64,000 bases of DNA from Octopus bimaculoides. Lineage: Eukaryota. The position numbers and the translations under genes were made by a program. Shown piece after piece: positions 53,601-63,244 of this stretch. The stretch's first letter is position 1, and every line of letters begins with the position of its first letter. Under the pieces are notes generated by a model, which saw only the letters and a list, made by a program, of their open reading frames with translations, did not search any database and was not told where the DNA came from. Where the stretch lies: contig NC_068988.1 in NCBI RefSeq assembly GCF_001194135.2, positions 72,941,764 through 73,005,763 on the forward strand. Reading direction: 5' to 3'.

Positions 53601-56600
53601 TAAAGCTATTTACTCCATTCATTTGCAAGGTATTTTGTATATATCAAGATTGTTTTAAACATCTTAATATGATTATTAACCCTTTTGATACCTACCAATG
53701 GTAACAAAAGGGTTAAACAATGTTTAAGAATAACTTAGCTACTACCTTCATTTTTATTCAAATCAAATATGATAAACCAACCTTCTATTTGAGGAAGCAT
53801 GTAATTGAACATTCAAAAATAGAACAAAATCTTCAGAGAAATATTGGATATGTTAATAAAAAAATAAGATGACTCACCAATTTTTTATAATGATACATAC
53901 AGTATCCACAATATTTAACATTGTCACCATAATTTCCAGCTTCTTCACATAATAGACCTTGTGCTTGAGCACTGAAAGAAATGTAATTATTCAGAGACAA
54001 ATCAAACAAAAACAAAATTTTGGTTAGTGAAAACTAATCAAGTTACAAAATTCTCATTTTAATTCAAGAATATTTCAATTGTATGTATTGCAATTTAGGT
54101 TGTAATGGAACCGTTTCAAGTTAAAAAAGAAACAGTATAAAATCTATCAATTCATGGACTTTCACAACCTTACCAGGTGACATGGAAATTTTGTTTACAT
54201 CCATTTTTGTTGCATTGCATACAAGCCCCTGTAGCAGCTTTACTTTCACGACTTTGTTCTTCACAAATATAACACACCTGAATAACAAATATATAAATAT
54301 TTAGAAAATCAATATTTTACTTTTAAATTATATTACATATTTAATTATAACCACTACTTTGAAAACAACAACACATAATTTTATAACTTATTAAATTTTC
54401 AGTAAATATATTTAGTAGAAAAGGTTACAGAAATTTTTATTACTTAAAAGAAAAATTAAATTTGACCAAATGTGATTTTAGAGTAAAAAATAGAAAATAA
54501 TTAAAAACAGACAAAACAAGCAGAATGTAGTAAAATATTACAGTATACACCATTGTATAGACATGAGCATTTTACTTTCTTTTTTCCCTGTTTTCTCAAG
54601 CTAGCATGAACAGGTATGAAAATATGAACAATTGCTAGTAATCATGGACCTCATTCATTTTATGTCCATTTTTCTTTATGCTAGCATGGGTTAGATATAT
54701 TACTGAGGTCTTGTTTTACAGCCAGATGTCCTTCCAGTTGCTGACCCCAACCTGTTTTTCAAGTAATTCAACACAGCTTCCAAGACTCATAATTAACAGA
54801 TGATTTGTTGACAAGGAAATGAGAGTAGGATCACCATATGTAGCTCAGTGAATTTTTTTTGAAGAAGTACAAATGTAAACATTCACATAGACGTGTGTGT
54901 GCATGCACACATCATTGACATCATTCAACATTCCCTTCCATGGCTATCTTAACTACCTATCACTCACAATCTCTTTCATTAATGAATATTATCCTCCTAT
55001 ACTTTTAGCTGCCATTCCCAAGCACCCCTCCCCAGCTCATTATTGACCGTCATATTTCCTTAATTTCAACCCACAACTACTCACATCTTTCCCTCTCTTT
55101 ATCCACAGTCAATACTATCTCTCCCATCTCTCTCTCCTTTACCATATTGTCACTCCAACCATGCTGTTTCCCCTTTCATATTCTGGTCTCTTCATCTTCT
55201 GCAATTACTTTCCTACTCACCTTGAAAAACACAGACAAGACAAAGTAGTGAGGACCACTTTGTAATGCAAGAATAAAAGGCAACCTCACTAATGTTGGTG
55301 CCATGAGATGCACCAAATACATTCTGTAAAGTAGTCGTGGAACAAGCCCAGTAGCTGTAGGGTTAGGAGAAGCCTTTATTCTTGTTTGTCAAGGACACCA
55401 CAAGCTCTATAATGCAGATGCCATGATAAAATGTACCCCTGTCCATTGTAAAATAGTTGATGTAGGAAGAACATTGAACTGTAGAAATTGAAACATACTA
55501 TGAGATGTGTACCCCTGAATTATCTAGGAGGGCAATGACACCAATTAAGAACTAATTCAAATCGTAACAACCCACTCAACCCATGCCAACATGGAAAGTA
55601 GTGTTAAACGATAAGGTTTCATCAAACTAATTCATTTCTCTCATGTCTTATTTGATGAACCTCTACTACAGATACCATCTACCACCAACTTACAAAATAA
55701 AATTATGGTAAAGGAGTACACTAAGAAAATGAAATGAGAAAATTTTATCTTTTTCTTGCAAGTATTTATTTATTCAAATGTAATGCAATCAGTTACTTTA
55801 ACTTCACCTGAGTTTTATACATTATTCTATTATTTCTTTGATTTTAGTCACTAGACTATAGCCATGATAAGGCACCACCTTTTATTTTAGTTAATCATAG
55901 CAATCCCAGTATATATTTCTGCCTGGAACCATTTTATTGATTGACTAAGTTGCCATTCTGAAATAATACTGGTTATTTTTATCTATCAATGCTGTCAAGC
56001 ACATAAATGCAAGCATACATACATCATACACAAACATGTATATATGACAGCCTTCTAAACAGTTTCCATCCTCCAAACTCCATTCTCAAAGTATTAGTCA
56101 ATCCAAAGCTATATTAGAGGAAACTTGCCTTATGTGCCTTGAACCCCAAAACATTTAACTGCAAAGCAAAATTCTCAATTACACAACCATACTTGCACCT
56201 ATATCTCTACACACTTCATTAAAATTGTCTTTGTTATCACACAATCCCATCTTCAATAATCATATGATGATTCTTTCATGAATTGAAGGTAAAGATAAAT
56301 TATCACATTGTCAATGTTGATATGGAATTAAATGAAGTATGAAGCAAAAAAGCTCAATACCAACATACCTTGTTTTAACCATTTAGCTAAAACAATTTAT
56401 AAAAACTTATGATATCCAAAATTTAAACAAAAGCATTTTAAATAAAATTCAAATGAGAATAAATTGGAAAAATTACAAAATGTTGAGTTGTAAAGAGAAT
56501 AAAAAACACAGTTATTACTTTGTCTCTAACCTTATTGAACCTTTCTTGGGGAACATTCTTTAATACAATTGGTTCCATAGTTTGTACATTAGCAAACCAT

Positions 56601-56640
56601 GCTTCAGGAATAAATAGTGCACAAACAACATGACACCACC
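15967..56640 (-). CDS. MLLT10: AF10/MLLT10-like PZP and OM-LZ chromatin protein (DOT1L cofactor); 15 coding exons in the window, 5'-incomplete
   Basis: Exons join with consistent phases into 2276 nt with no internal stop. Motifs: WCHVVCALFIPE...MEPI, CYICEEQSRESKAATGACMQC...FHVTCAQ...GLLCEE...VKYCGYC, MEQLLEHQW, LHQLKTENRRLE...RRDHLLALNARL. All introns are GT-AG. Confidence 0.96.
17189..17328 (-). CDS. MLLT10: AF10 exon 14
   Basis: ttgtag|GT TCA TAT...ACT CCA|GTTAGT; SYQGSSHSLQQ...DLASTP. Phase 1 in, 0 out. Confidence 0.82.
17772..17865 (-). CDS. MLLT10: AF10 exon 13
   Basis: ttttccag|GAT AGC...AAT G|GTAATC; DSVSNSHTPSHHSPAQQQSSTPGRTHISSPN. Confidence 0.87.
17977..18212 (-). CDS. MLLT10: AF10 exon 12, leucine zipper
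   Basis: gttgcag|TT GCT...ACT CAG|GTAATT; IASLLSFLHQLKTENRRLEDCIKSLTARRDHLLALNARLALP. Confidence 0.95.
19471..19584. repeat. 114-bp hairpin with 40-bp arms (38/40 matched), MITE-like
   Basis: ttactactcttttttaaccccaggagaacaccttctccag ... ctggagaaggtgttctcctgggattaaaaaagtgtagtaa, 34-nt loop. Confidence 0.9.
20222..20445 (+). mobile_element. Non-autonomous mariner MITE
   Basis: TIRs GAGGGAGTGCTGAAAAGTTCCTGGCTTT and AAAGCCAGGAACTTTTCGGCATCCCTT with TA flanks. The interior keeps the mariner C-terminal remnant (...NKCVNLR.EYV). Confidence 0.8.
21018..21109 (-). CDS. MLLT10: AF10 exon 11, octapeptide motif
   Basis: catttcag|A AAT GGG...GAT A|GTAAGT; NGLVQSMEQLLEHQWDLGSQFLMEQGQHFD. Confidence 0.95.
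21168..21345 (-). mobile_element. tRNA-derived SINE family 2
   Basis: Reverse complement reads agctggcagaattgttagc...ctgagttcaaattcc...ctttcatcctttcagggccaataaaataagtaccag. Confidence 0.7.
22190..24400 (-). mobile_element. RTE (BovB-like) LINE relic: AP endonuclease and RT, heavily deleted
   Basis: RLNIDIAALSETRLSDGGKLEVAGAGYIF (endonuclease, about 23500-23620); ITCGLKQGCVFAPLLF...VDIRY and QQAVNNFTNAYQHFGL (RT, 22250-22700). Confidence 0.8.
24958..25069 (-). CDS. MLLT10: AF10 exon 10
   Basis: tttaacag|CT CCA CCA...GTA GG|GTGAGT; PPLANEGTSPLSVGCLLGPPKIFPSINSEKLLNENV. Phase 1 in, 2 out. Confidence 0.88.
27031..27123 (-). CDS. MLLT10: AF10 exon 9
   Basis: ctcattcag|AT TTG GAG...ACT C|GTAAGT; LENNGILATSVVTGSHLTSNLETSTSPNLT. 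Confidence 0.87.
27821..28184 (+). mobile_element. Full-length tRNA-derived SINE family 1
   Basis: A-box-like tggctgtgtggtaag, B-box-like ggttcagtccc, central gcaccttgggcaagtgtcttctac, internal (TA/TG)n, 3' end gtcaaatgactgaaacaagtaaaaagag. Confidence 0.88.
28216..28410 (-). mobile_element. SINE family 1, 3' half, tail-to-tail with the previous copy
   Basis: tcttttacttgtttc...tacttattctatcggtctcttttgcc...gttgtcaag is the reverse complement of about 27990-28184. Confidence 0.85.
28519..28711 (-). mobile_element. Young RTE-tail retroposon fragment
   Basis: Nearly identical to the reverse complement of about 40340-40533; inserted into an (AT)n tract. Confidence 0.85.
28864..29083. mobile_element. 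piggyBac-type MITE with CTAA target duplication
   Basis: CTAA|CTCTTTCGTTAC...GTAATGAAAGGG|CTAA; TIR matches 10/12. Confidence 0.75.
30073..30450 (-). mobile_element. Full-length SINE family 1
   Basis: Reverse-complement homology to 27821-28184 along its length. Confidence 0.85.
30845..31706 (+). mobile_element. Penelope-like RT fragment, Neptune-like (tentative)
   Basis: IIIKPADKGGTVVVW...Y.AEAFRHLQDTSFY; LYTVIPHHEGL; YQQPSGVAVGTKMGPNYANLFVG; YIDD. Much more GC-rich than the flanks; has an N gap and frameshifts. Confidence 0.85.
31707..33350 (+). mobile_element. Second Penelope-like element (same broad type as 563-2053): RT, thumb and linker; endonuclease absent
   Basis: NNPTVRLICPTKSDIG; VIHWFESI...FIQFDINSYYSSIS; FDMAMGS; GGLYRDD; YNVALSKAGY; FNIPYHCALSTNI...KTVRISYSTLPNMGTIIAK. 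Many stops and frameshifts. Confidence 0.85.
33397..33745 (+). mobile_element. Possible Helentron/Helitron-type non-autonomous element
   Basis: Starts ACTAGCAGTATAACCCGACCTTGTCCGAG, an ACTAGC...CCCG hairpin-type terminus. Classification rests on the end motif only. Confidence 0.4.
34339..34387 (-). CDS. MLLT10: AF10 exon 8 (49 nt)
   Basis: ttattttcag|AGC TTA...ACA A|GTAAGT; SLSASGPVSISGFSQT. Phase 0 in, 1 out. Confidence 0.8.
35208..35226 (-). CDS. MLLT10: AF10 exon 7, 19-nt microexon
   Basis: tgatgtag|A GAG AGC TAC ATC TCT TCT|GTGAGTG. It supplies the phase 2 to phase 0 change needed between exons 6 and 8, and I found no other candidate by eye. Confidence 0.7.
35856..36005. repeat. Compound (AT)n/(AC)n microsatellite spanning a gap; similar tracts at about 5286, 8108, 9610, 14050, 14525 and 47610
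   Basis: Dinucleotide runs seen directly. Confidence 0.95.
36321..36530. repeat. Fold-back element with roughly 90-bp inverted arms and a 29-nt loop
   Basis: tcttcacttcagc...tattttagtgtccttcatctgaaatcttttgtcaca...cagcaact and agtcactg...tgtgacaaaagatttcagatgaaggacactaaaata...ctgaagtgaagga. Confidence 0.9.
37042..37236 (-). CDS. MLLT10: AF10 exon 6, Lys/Ser-rich (NLS-like)
   Basis: tgttgtaaag|A TCT GCA GAA...CTT GG|GTAAGA; SAEKQDKKNKKNK...TSGPL. Confidence 0.88.
37550..39040 (+). mobile_element. RTE LINE 3' end: RT C-terminus, pyrimidine-rich UTR and (GAT)n-tailed terminus
   Basis: HANDLVL at about 37557; ERVDSYHYLGDQI...KFRELLPLL...LSLKVKGRLYNACV...SETWA; ends acccatgctagcatggaaaacagatgtttaatgatgatg. 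This suggests the dispersed tail element shares its 3' end with RTE. Confidence 0.8.
40195..40533 (+). mobile_element. Young RTE-tail retroposon
   Basis: CpG-rich, ends ggaaagcggacgttaaac(gat)7. Confidence 0.85.
41094..42751. repeat. About 335-bp direct repeat pair (41094-41433 and 42417-42751)
   Basis: ataagcaagaatttcaaataatgtac...tcaaataaaac present twice with scattered substitutions and indels. Confidence 0.9.
44567..45186 (-). CDS. MLLT10: AF10 exon 5, Ser/Thr-rich (620 nt)
   Basis: ctgttttcag|CTC CGT GAT...TCA AG|GTAAAA; contained in ORF 44563-45216. Confidence 0.92.
45544..47411. mobile_element. Tc1/mariner-type non-autonomous element (TIR pair) hosting a LINE
   Basis: Left end TACAGCAGGGGTGCAAAAGTAAGTAT; reverse complement of right end TACAGGGTGGTGCAAAAGTAGGTAT; TA flanks. 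Confidence 0.65.
45740..47260 (-). mobile_element. CR1-type LINE RT, 5'-truncated
   Basis: DVVYLDL...VPQGTVLGPLLFV (frameshifted)...SYTDDTK...RNLGI...LDYCSQLWSP...LEAIQRHYTKKI...GFKGPQLFN. Confidence 0.85.
47691..47966 (-). mobile_element. SINE family 1, internally deleted
   Basis: tcatttacttgtttcagtc...gacacttgcccaaggtgcc...cacacagccatgcctg. Confidence 0.75.
48030..48423. mobile_element. RTE-tail retroposon with the 3' terminus at both ends, inverted
   Basis: 37-bp inverted termini (35/37): tcatcatttaacgtccgccttccaagctagcatgggt ... acccatgctagcatggaaggcgggcgttaaatgatga. Confidence 0.8.
48708..48788 (-). ncRNA. Decayed type-I hammerhead ribozyme (probably inactive)
   Basis: GACC-CUGAAGA-A-GCUGCA-[42 nt including the UGCACAC/GUGUGCA hairpin]-UGCAGC-C-AAAA-UGUGUC-GGUC. 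Stems I and II pair. CCAAAATGTGTC fits CpG decay of CCGAAACGCGTC. Confidence 0.65.
49301..49325 (+). repeat. Short interstitial (TTAGGG)n tract
   Basis: GGGGTTAGGGTTAGGGTTAGGGTTA. Confidence 0.9.
50059..50178 (-). CDS. MLLT10: AF10 exon 4
   Basis: attttcag|AAG AAA GAT...GCT AAG|GTATAT; KKDANIKTIPAFKP...REKAK. Confidence 0.92.
50615..51811. repeat. About 136-bp near-identical direct repeat pair (50615-50750 and 51661-51811)
   Basis: aaactttttctttcatcatatttctgac...aattaaaaact present twice; copy 2 has a 15-bp insert. Confidence 0.9.
51960..52875. mobile_element. Old RTE RT fragment (plus, 51960-52285) followed by a long RTE-tail retroposon (minus, 52288-52875)
   Basis: RELSILLTTKSFS...LYKAHVRSIML..ETRVL, then catcatcatcatcgtttaacgtccgc... 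with four roughly 65-bp internal modules. Confidence 0.75.
53676..53716. mobile_element. 33-bp piggyBac-type remnant with TTAA duplication
   Basis: TTAA|CCCTTTTGATACC-TACCAAT-GGTAACAAAAGGG|TTAA; TIR matches 12/13. Confidence 0.75.
53878..53971 (-). CDS. MLLT10: AF10 exon 3, end of PHD2
   Basis: ttctttcag|T GCT CAA...AAA TTG|GTGAGT; (C)AQAQGLLCEEAGNYGDNVKYCGYCMYHYKKL. Confidence 0.97.
54174..54277 (-). CDS. MLLT10: AF10 exon 2, PHD2
   Basis: attcag|GTG TGT TAT...ACC TG|GTAAGG; VCYICEEQSRESKAATGACMQCNKNGCKQNFHVT. Confidence 0.97.
56531..56640 (-). CDS. MLLT10: AF10 exon 1 of the window, Zn-knuckle of PZP
   Basis: ttttctag|GG TGG TGT...AAT AAG|GTTAGA; (G)WCHVVCALFIPEAWFANVQTMEPIVLKNVPQERFNK. 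Confidence 0.97.
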
Positions 56641-56812
56641 CTAGAAAATAGAAAAGTAAGAATTATTGCACCAAATTCAAGTAAAATTGGAATATGAGCT
56701 AATACAGGCAGACACATAGATATTTATACAGAAACGTACACTCAAAGTCAGTAGAAGATGTATATCTTTATTGAAAACTCCTCTGATAACAGGAATAAGC
56801 TTTCAAATAAGT

Positions 56813-56877
56813 TGCAATTGTAATTTTTATTGATAAATAATTTATGAAATTATTTATCAATAAAAATTACAATTGCA
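56813..56877. repeat. Perfect 31-bp-arm palindrome with a 3-nt loop
   Basis: TGCAATTGTAATTTTTATTGATAAATAATTT-ATG-AAATTATTTATCAATAAAAATTACAATTGCA. Confidence 0.95.
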
Positions 56878-58890
56878 TCCCTACTTTTTCCAGTAACATT
56901 ATCATCATTGGTTAATACAATAATAGTAGTAATATAGCCAGTAACAGAAGAACTGATTAAAAATTTAAGAGAATACTGTATTTATTTGTTATATGCACTC
57001 CTGTATACAACACACTAATAATAATAATAATAGACAATAAAATATTGGAAAATAAAACAGTTCTAGAGCAATGTTTCCCCTAATTTACTGCAGTAGGTTT
57101 GTGCCAAAATTTGTACACAACGCTAATTTCTGCATATCTATGTGAGTAAAAACCACTCAAATTTTTTAATTTAAAAACGTCCAATTTCCCTTTACCTTGT
57201 GTACATTTTCCTCCTTTCCCAGTTATAAAATGTGAGCATTCACATAAGTACACAACTTAGAGAGAACACTGTTCTAGACTACAATACACACTGACTTTCT
57301 ATAGTATTTCAATGTATGGAAAAAGGATTGTTTAGTCAGATTTATTATAATTACTGTATAAAATACTTTGGAAAAATTCACACTTCCTAAATGAGAAAAA
57401 CTGTTAATTCCAAAGTGACTTTTGCACTTTACTGTTTTAGGCCTTAAAAGTGCAACATTTGTAAAGGCAATACAGTGGAAATCACATAATCATGATTTTC
57501 TTTTTTCTAAATCAATTTGATTTTGATAGGTGAGTGCTTAAATACGTCTTTACTTAATTTTACTATTCAGTTTTTTCAGTGAAGCACACACTATGATGAT
57601 GTCACAGGAGGACAAAGCATTTATAGTTTAAGGGTGGATTTTTAAAAAATACCTCTAACTTTTTGTTTTATGCATTATTTTACTTAAATGGTTTCTTATA
57701 AAGCAAACAATCAAAGTCTTCATTTTCTGTTTTTAAATTTAAAGTGTTGCAAGATTCTGAATCTTAAAATGAAAAAGCATTTTCAATTTTCAGATAGTAA
57801 AATAAACCCATTTTAAATCATTCCATTTTCATGAGAAACAAATTGTTTTGACATTGTTAAAATTTTTAACAAAATGAAAATCACAAAACAGTGTTTCACT
57901 GCAACAATACCAACTTTATTTTCTCAATATTTCATGTTAATTATTACAAGCACACTTTTGCGATATTTTGAGGATATTAGATCAATACAATCCAATGTGG
58001 GTACATTTTTCAGATACAATAAATATATAATACACCATTATATACTTATATAAAAGTGGCACCATTAGATAGATTGCACCTCTTTTGTGTTTATGATAGT
58101 TTAGCCTGTGCAGAAGTTGCATGTTGCTTCCTATAAATACTGCTTATAACTTCACTTACAATTGCATTTAAATAATAAATACATTTAGCTAGCCAAGTAA
58201 AGTCCTGCAAAGATAGATATTGCAATAAGTTTCTATCATCTATGCTCAGAACAGACAAACCAACCAGGGCTTTTAAATCAGAACTCCCAACTGAATGGCA
58301 ATATATGCACCATCAATAGAAAACTTCCTGTATTTTTTTTTTTTTTTGTACATGTAAAAGCATATGACAGAATAGTTGGCTTATATGGAAATCTTTGCTC
58401 AATGACCTATGCACTATATGCACAGCTATAAGACACTTTATGCATCAAGAACTCTGCAGTTATGTTTGAATTATGAACTACACACTCTAAAGTGATATCT
58501 TATGTTTTGCTTCTTCATTCTTTCGAATATACATATAGAGATACAATATCCAGGCAGGTACTATTCAAGCCCTTAGTTATAGTCTAGGTGAAGATTAACC
58601 ACATTGAGTTGTAATGAGCACCTAGAATTACTTGAGATAAGCAATCCCCCTGTATTTTATCCGATAGATAAATTCTGAGTTCGCGTCTCTCGATTATGTA
58701 TATTTAACCAAGTGTATATTTAATATAGTAACAATGAATATGGGATTAGTACATCTGCATAACTTTTTTTTATTATTTCTAGTCAAGTACAGTATATTCG
58801 ATTTAAATTTGCCTGATGCACATTTCTGCTGCACAGGCATCTAGGAATTGCATTTGCATCAAGTTACTTTCAATTTGTGATTAGTCTTTA

Positions 58891-59297
58891 TTCATTTACT
58901 TGTTTCAGTCATTTGACTGCAGCCATGCTGGAGCACTGCCTTAAAGGGTTTTAGTCGAAGAAATTGACCCCATGACTTATTCTTTGTAAGTCTAGTACTT
59001 ATTCTATCAACCCTTTTGCTGAACCACTAAGTTATGGGGACATAAACACACCAGTATCGGTTGTCAAGCGATGGTGGGGAGACAAACACATATAACTATA
59101 TACATATACATACATACACACACACACACACACACGATAGGCTTCTTTCAGTTTCTGTCTACCAAATTCACTCACAAGGCTTTGGTTAGCGCGAGGCTAT
59201 AGTAGAAGACACTTACCCAAGGCGCCACGCAGAAGGAATGAACCTGGAACCATGTGGTTGAGAAGCAAGCTTCTTACCACACAGCCACCCTGCGTCT
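58891..59297 (-). mobile_element. Full-length SINE family 1
   Basis: Reverse-complement homology to 27821-28184. Confidence 0.85.
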
Positions 59298-60329
59298 ACG
59301 CAGATTTTTTCAAGGTCCTTCCACTGAAGAGGATTAAAGTGAATTAAATGCATGTAGTTTGGACTAGTGATATATTATTGTCCAATGCTACAGTTTTGAA
59401 TGCAAAGTATGAGACAGGAGGGTTTGGTAATCTGATATGGCGATAAAAATTACTATGACGTTGACCCTCTTCTGACCCCAGGTTTGAACTTCGAGAATGA
59501 AACCCCAAACATTGAATAGGGCCGCCACCTTACTTACCCAGTACCTGCAATTGCCAACTCCGTCTCTGTGAAAGACTGAAATTCTTCACATAACTGCAAC
59601 ATCCATCAACAAGAAATACAAACTATCTTATTACTGCCATAAGATGTACACCCTCTTGTTGAACTTCAAACCACTGACTACCAAAAACCCAGATAGATCA
59701 AAAACAACACGCTAACCTTATGCATCCCCTGTAACCATGCACACACATACCTATGTATGTATCCCCCCCCCCAGGCAACATCAAACTTCAATCCAACACA
59801 AAATTCCCACCACCCCCAGATATGCTATTGCAATCACATTAATATACTCGTCATACTTGCATACATATACATGCACACATCAGATATAAATATACATGCA
59901 TGTATACATGTTCTTTCAGACAAAAATGCACACATTCATATGTACTTTATTTATATATGCATGTGTGTTTTGAATGTAGAAACAAATATAGAAATTTTCT
60001 ATTGGCTAGTTTTAAGATGCTACACAAATTACCAGTCAGTTAAGACTTGTGATTTAAAAGCAGTGGTTTGTCTCTCTGTGCTGAGTGTAGATCATACAAA
60101 CTCACTGCAACAATATCTAAGGTTTCAGGACTGTTGGAATTTTTAAGGATATATTTTCTTATTTTTCTCGGATTAATTTATCTTTCTAGAGGCCAACAGA
60201 CTGACTGAGAAAGTAATCTTTATACGAGACAGATGCAAAGAAGCAGTATGTACTATGAATGAGCACACAAGAAATAGATTTTTTAAAATGCTCAAATGGC
60301 TCACTAGAAATAGCTGTTAGCTTTTGTTA

Positions 60330-60700
60330 TCTAATAGGTGGTTGCATTGAAAGTATAGAAGCTAGCATGCTCTGTTGGAATGTAATTGGATAGGAATGAC
60401 AAAATACAAATGCACTGAGAGAAAATGAGAGTATAAGAGAAATGTGCTGAGAGAAAAACTGAACAAAAGCAGAATCCAATGTAGTGTGTAAGAAAGAACA
60501 CTGCATAAGTATGGACATGTGATACATATGAATGAGGGCAGCTATATAAAGAGACGTCAAATATTTAAGGTGGATGGAGCTTGCAAAAGAGGGAAACCCA
60601 AGAAGACATGGGATGAAATAGTGAAGGTTGATCTTAGAACCTTGAACTTCATGGCGATGACAAAGGACTGGGATGACTGGCAATATGCAGTTCTCAAGAA
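60330..60700 (+). mobile_element. Old RTE LINE 3' fragment
   Basis: KVDGACKRGKPKKTWDEIVKVDLRTL...KDWDDW, a typical RTE C-terminal motif. Confidence 0.65.
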
Positions 60701-61830
60701 ATCCAGCTCACCTTGGTGTAGAGATATGATAAACTTTGAACAGTTAGTCTCAAGTGAACAGCCAAATCTATTTCATAAATGTTTAGTATTTTATTATCAA
60801 GCATTAAAGGCCAAGAGTGGGATCCTCTGGAAGCCTTTGATATATTCCTGATTGCATGTTTTTGTAAAGTATGAAGTTTTCTTACTTTTGACTCTTGACA
60901 CGACCTCAAGCTATGTTACCATATATTAAATATGGATTAACAGAAGCAAAATATAACATTTGTGTTGCGTTGTAGTTCAAAAACTTGCACCCCTGGAGAT
61001 TATTCCAATTTTTGTTGATAGTTTGAATTCTATTGCTTGAATGTGCAATTTCCAATTCAAATCAATAAGGATTCCCAGAAACTTTGTCTATCTAAACCTT
61101 TAGATTCTTTTTGGGCTAAAGTGAAGCATTTGGGGCTGTAAAGGCAGATATTGTCTTTAGCTGGCAGACAATAGAGTGTACTTAGTTTTATCTATGTTCA
61201 GAGAAAGTTTATTAGCTGAATGCCAATTATTTATGAGTGATAACTGGTTGTTCATTTCTTTGAATAATGTGCAGTAATGTTTACCGGCTAAGAAAAAAAT
61301 TCATATCATCAGCAAACGAGATTTAGAAATAAAACTGTGTGGTGTATATCATTAGCATATATAAGAAAAAATTGGGGACCTAATACTGAGCCTTGAGGAA
61401 TACCGCAAGATAGTGAGCTGTACCTGGATTCAGTGTATTCAATTTGCACAAACTGGTATCTATTGCCTAAGTAACTTTTGAACCATGATAGTTCTTTCCC
61501 AGTAATTCCATAATTTTCAATTTTTTTATGACTATTCTATGATCAACAGTGTCAAAAGCTTTACTGGGGTTGATAAAAACTCCAATTGTAACATTTATTT
61601 GACATAGCTATTGTGATGTCGTTAATGGGTTCTATCAGCCTGTACATCGAAATTCTTTTGTAAACCAAATCGTTTAAAATAATAAAGATTATTTTTCTCA
61701 AAGAAATCGTAAAGACAAGAGTGCATGAGTCTCACTAGCAATTTGAAGAAAACAGATAATAGTGATGTTGGTCAGTAATTACCAACTTCTGTCTTTGCTC
61801 CTGATTTAAAAAGCAGCATGACTTTTGCCA
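60700..61830 (-). mobile_element. L2/CR1-group LINE RT relic
   Basis: LSCGIPQGSVLGP at about 61375-61415; KLHTLQKHAIRNI...HSWPL...KILNIYEI at about 60790-60885. Confidence 0.7.
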
Positions 61831-61859
61831 TTTTCATTTTATGTGGAAATACTCCAGAT

Positions 61860-62030
61860 GCTCAGTGGCATTTCTGCTGGCTTTAAGTTTTGAGTTCAAA
61901 TTCCCCCAACTTTACCTTTCACCTTTTAGTGGGTTGTGAAAATACCATTCAAGCACTGGGGTCAACATAACTGACTTTCCCCTTCCCCACAAATTTTCAG
62001 ACCCTGTACATATAGTAAAGTGGATTATTA
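61860..62030 (+). mobile_element. SINE family 2, diverged
   Basis: ttgagttcaaattccc...ctttcaccttttagtgggttgtgaaaataccatt...ggggtcaac. Confidence 0.55.
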
Positions 62031-63244
62031 TTGTTGTTGTTACTATTCTGCTGCTCTTCACTCCCTCAAACTTTCTGCAAAGTCTATTATCTCCTCTCCT
62101 CTACCTATCCACTAACTCAAATATATCAGTGACCACCCCTCAACCATATCTTATTTCTACAGTTGTCACCTACTCTTCCCTACCTTCACAACTTATCCCT
62201 CAACACTTGTTATCTGTTATATTGACCCTCTCACCCTTTCTCTATCTATCATTCATGCAATCCCTACCCAACCACACTTCCTGTCCTCCTGTCTCCACTT
62301 ACTTCTATATCTTGAGAGTCCACCCTGACACTTCACCACCACTATTTATAAAATCTTTCTAGCTCCAACCTAGCCACACCAACCCTCTCTCTTGGTTTCT
62401 TGTGGTAGAGCTACAAGAAACCAGTTCTGTTCTGGCTCCTTTCACACTTTGAACCCTCATTCAATAGCATAAAGCCATCTCCCTCTTTATTGTAGTCCCA
62501 CTCAAAGGGAATCTTAGTCTTACAGGCTACATAGCAACCTCACTAGTGTTGATGCTATGTAAAAAAGGACCCAGAAGCTGTAAAGTGGTTGGCATTAAGG
62601 GCCAGAACAGACATCAGAGCACAATGTAATCTTTAGAATCATCAGTTCCTCTCAAACTATCGAAACTGAGGCAGTATGGAGCATACATACATACATACAT
62701 ATATATACTGTTGCATTTCACTGCTTACTGTTCAATTTTTGTGCTAGCAAACTATCATGAAACATTGTCAATTTCAGCCAAGTCCAAACTATTTTCTTTT
62801 GTTAATATGTCTTAAAATTCAACTCTCTTGCATTTTCTCTCTCTTTCTCACACTAAACAGCAAATGTCATGCAGTTTGCAAATGTATAAATTAATTATAT
62901 TTATTATGACTTTATAATAATGGTTTAAGTGTTGTCTTACAAACCAAAGATGAATCTAACATCGCAGAATATTTAATAAAGTTGATGGAAAGTATTATTA
63001 TATTTAAATGGATATTAAATGATGATGATGAAAGATGATAACACTTTCTATCAGCTTTATTAAATATTCTGCAATTCATAAGAAAATATTAAAATCATTA
63101 TTATAAAGTTGTAATAGAAATAATAATCCTTTCTACTAAAGGTATGAGGCCTGAAATTCTGGGGAGGGGTTTAGTTGATAACTCCTACCCTCACTCTCAT
63201 GCTTAACTGATACACCAGAAAAATGAAGATAATAATGATACTAA

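Noticed and set aside
59538-59575. 38-nt AG...GTAAGT-bounded segment on the minus strand as a possible AF10 exon
   Set aside because: No frame resembles the conserved PZP sequence expected just before GWxHVVC, and it lies in degenerate repeat-like DNA.
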